From: an uncultured archaeon
GTDB lineage: Archaea; Asgardarchaeota; Heimdallarchaeia; Heimdallarchaeales; Heimdallarchaeaceae
NCBI GenBank assembly: GCA_964534625.1
Contig: CAZHRF010000001.1
Coordinates: forward strand, 32,001 to 96,000
DNA: 64,000 bases
Direction: 5' to 3'
Part shown: positions 63,001 through 64,000 of the stretch, piece by piece
Numbering within the stretch: position 1 is the stretch's first letter
Layout of the letters: every line of letters starts with the position of its first letter
Notes under the pieces: generated by a model
Seen by the model: only the letters and a program-made list of their open reading frames with translations
Told to the model about the DNA's origin: nothing
Database searches by the model: none
Position numbers and translations under genes: made by a program

Positions 63001-63443
63001 GAAAAAGTGGTAAAAAAATAGAAGGAACAATCTTTGTTGGATGTCAATTCTATCAAAAATTACATCATTTAGTACAAGATAAGCTACACGCCAGAGCAAG
63101 AGGACCAATTCAAATGCTAACTAGACAACCTACAGAAGGACGAGCTAGAGAAGGCGGTCTAAGGTTTGGTGAGATGGAACGGGATTGTTTAATTGGGCAT
63201 GGAACATCAATATTACTTAAAGAAAGATTATTAGATGAATCAGATAAAACAGAAGCCCTAATTTGTTCCAAATGTGGATTTTTAGCAATGTATGATCGAA
63301 ATAGAGATCGTTATCAGTGTCCTGTATGCAAAGAAGAAACAACGGTTTCAAAGGTTGTAATAAGTTATGCATTCAAATTGTTAATGCAAGAACTGATGAG
63401 TTTGGGCATTGCTCCACACATACAACTAGAAGACATAGCCTAA
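60045..63443 (+). CDS. rpoB: RNA polymerase subunit Rpo2 (B), unsplit
   Basis: GGYFIINGSERV, ETPEGPNCGLVKNL, GDKFASRHGQKG, GGLRFGEMERD. Confidence 0.99.
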   Translation: MSSKLNNKNTNVRWTIMNSMFKELGLVRQHLDSFNNFIESGLKSVLEEIDVIEPEDSEFYVKLEEVEIEDPTVREADGSQTPCFPMEARIRNLTYASRLNLIMTPVHRDPNTGVETQRETTKVFIGYLPIMLKSSKCVLSNFSKEQLIKYGEDPKDPGGYFIINGSERVIVTQEDLAPNRILTERLTKKSNITSEAKVFSVHHGFRAPVTVEHTKDGQLRVSFPSMPRKISLILLMRALGIERDDMIAMAVSPTPELRSRIMSILMRESSEVDTTKDALDYIGKRVAVGQTKEYRINRAMQVLDKYLLPHLGSDEESRIKKAFFLARMAQRLLELEEGLREPDDKDHYANKRLKLAGDLLLMLYRVAFHALCRDIKYQLERVTVRGRKPNLKTAVRADLITERLKHALATGNWTGGKSGVSQLLDRTNYMSALSHLRRVVSPLSRSQPHFEARDLHPTHFGKICPSETPEGPNCGLVKNLALQAYISVGINPNLIEKVIVDDLGVHKIEAKNLTSPNSPFVKLLADPNTAKVFLNGSFLGVIDDSKTFVNSFIEKRRKGEIYHDANISSFEDTHEININCDAGRVRRPLIIVEDGESRLKKEHLNSIANGKWVWTDLIRDRVIEYVDAEEEENLLIAIDENKTNRDTTHMEIVPSTMLGICASLIPFPEHNRSDRNVYEAGMAKQALGLYAGNFRFRVDTRAHILHYPQKPIVKTHGMDPIGFEDRPAGQNFVVALLSYEGYNMEDALLINKAAIERGLGRSTFYRTYDAEERKYPNGQEDTFEIPDETVRGYKDESQYVHLGEDGIIEPEIAVDGSRGEVLIGRTSPPRFLEEYTEFDVPPQNRRETSKAIRHGEKGISDLVILSDTNEGNRLVKVRVRSERIPEIGDKFASRHGQKGVIGLIVPQEDMPFTAEGITPDIIINPHAVPSRMTVGHLMELLAGKIGSQKGTSMYGTAFSKTTPKQLHDELKNLGMNPLGREVMYDGKSGKKIEGTIFVGCQFYQKLHHLVQDKLHARARGPIQMLTRQPTEGRAREGGLRFGEMERDCLIGHGTSILLKERLLDESDKTEALICSKCGFLAMYDRNRDRYQCPVCKEETTVSKVVISYAFKLLMQELMSLGIAPHIQLEDIA

Positions 63444-63461
63444 TTCATCTTTTTTTATTCT

Positions 63462-63890
63462 TTATTCTTGTTTAATATTTTTTATTCGTTCTAAGATCAT
63501 ATTATTGTATTCATTTGAACTGATCTCTATAGTTCTAAATATATTAAGTTCTTCTGCCAATATTTTTGCTATTAGATGATAACAATATTTGAGTTCTTTT
63601 CTATTTATTACTCGAATTTGAAAGTCATAGCATTCACAAAAGTTAGAGTCAATAATTAAATAAGGTTTTTTTGATCCTTTAACCTCCCAGATGTGCTGAT
63701 TTTTTGAGATGATTAATTTCTTGACGCCATTTTTTTTAATCACTTCAATAGCTTTTTCCCCTCTCAGACTAAAGGCATCAATAATTTCATTTTCCAGTAT
63801 TTCTGTTAATCTTTTTTCTTTTTTAAGATAAAAGAGTGATTTCTTCATATTTTCTTCGTCAATATCCTTTTTTGACATATTTATAACCAT
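63462..63890 (-). CDS. SWIM zinc-finger protein, Sws1/ZSWIM7-like
   Basis: WEVKGSKKPY...FCECYDF-x-CYHLIA with CxC-x15-CxH spacing; 142 aa. Confidence 0.85.
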   Translation of the reverse strand: MVINMSKKDIDEENMKKSLFYLKKEKRLTEILENEIIDAFSLRGEKAIEVIKKNGVKKLIISKNQHIWEVKGSKKPYLIIDSNFCECYDFQIRVINRKELKYCYHLIAKILAEELNIFRTIEISSNEYNNMILERIKNIKQE

Positions 63891-64000
63891 TTTAGTTAAG
63901 TATACTAAAAATATGCAAAGTTAACTATATAAGTTAACCTTGACCATAAATTATCATCAATTGAATGATGTATCTATGAAAGATCATTGTTTAATAATTA

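Overview
This is a very AT-rich archaeal chromosomal window dominated by informational core genes. These include EF-1alpha, RPA, RFC, TFB, Cdc6, Rpo3/Rpo1N/Rpo1C/Rpo2, about 11 ribosomal/translation genes, and 7 CCA-encoding tRNAs, 4 of them with BHB introns. Eukaryotic-signature-type genes (Rab-like GTPase, roadblock protein, eukaryote-like STT3, OSTC/OST3-6-like subunit) point to an Asgard archaeon, plausibly Heimdallarchaeia; this is an inference. Most notable observations: (1) a dispersed multi-subunit oligosaccharyltransferase set, made of STT3, an OSTC/DC2-like protein, a Wbp1/GIFT-like protein and an unannotated 36-aa OST4-like microprotein at 24844-24954(-); (2) a five-gene KaiC-ATPase/roadblock/FIST/Rab-like GTPase/Zn-binding signalling operon; (3) a divergent Tad/type IV pilus machine with a distant Flp-like micro-pilin; (4) a 189-bp MITE with an 8-bp TSD next to a transposase relic; (5) a structured leader upstream of rpl3; (6) a two-intron tRNA-Arg and a tRNA-Met with an A54/A60 T-loop; (7) a Panacea/YwgA-like plus free-standing LAGLIDADG pair; (8) a ZSWIM7/Sws1-like protein. 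All family calls are from motif recognition by eye, with no database searches.
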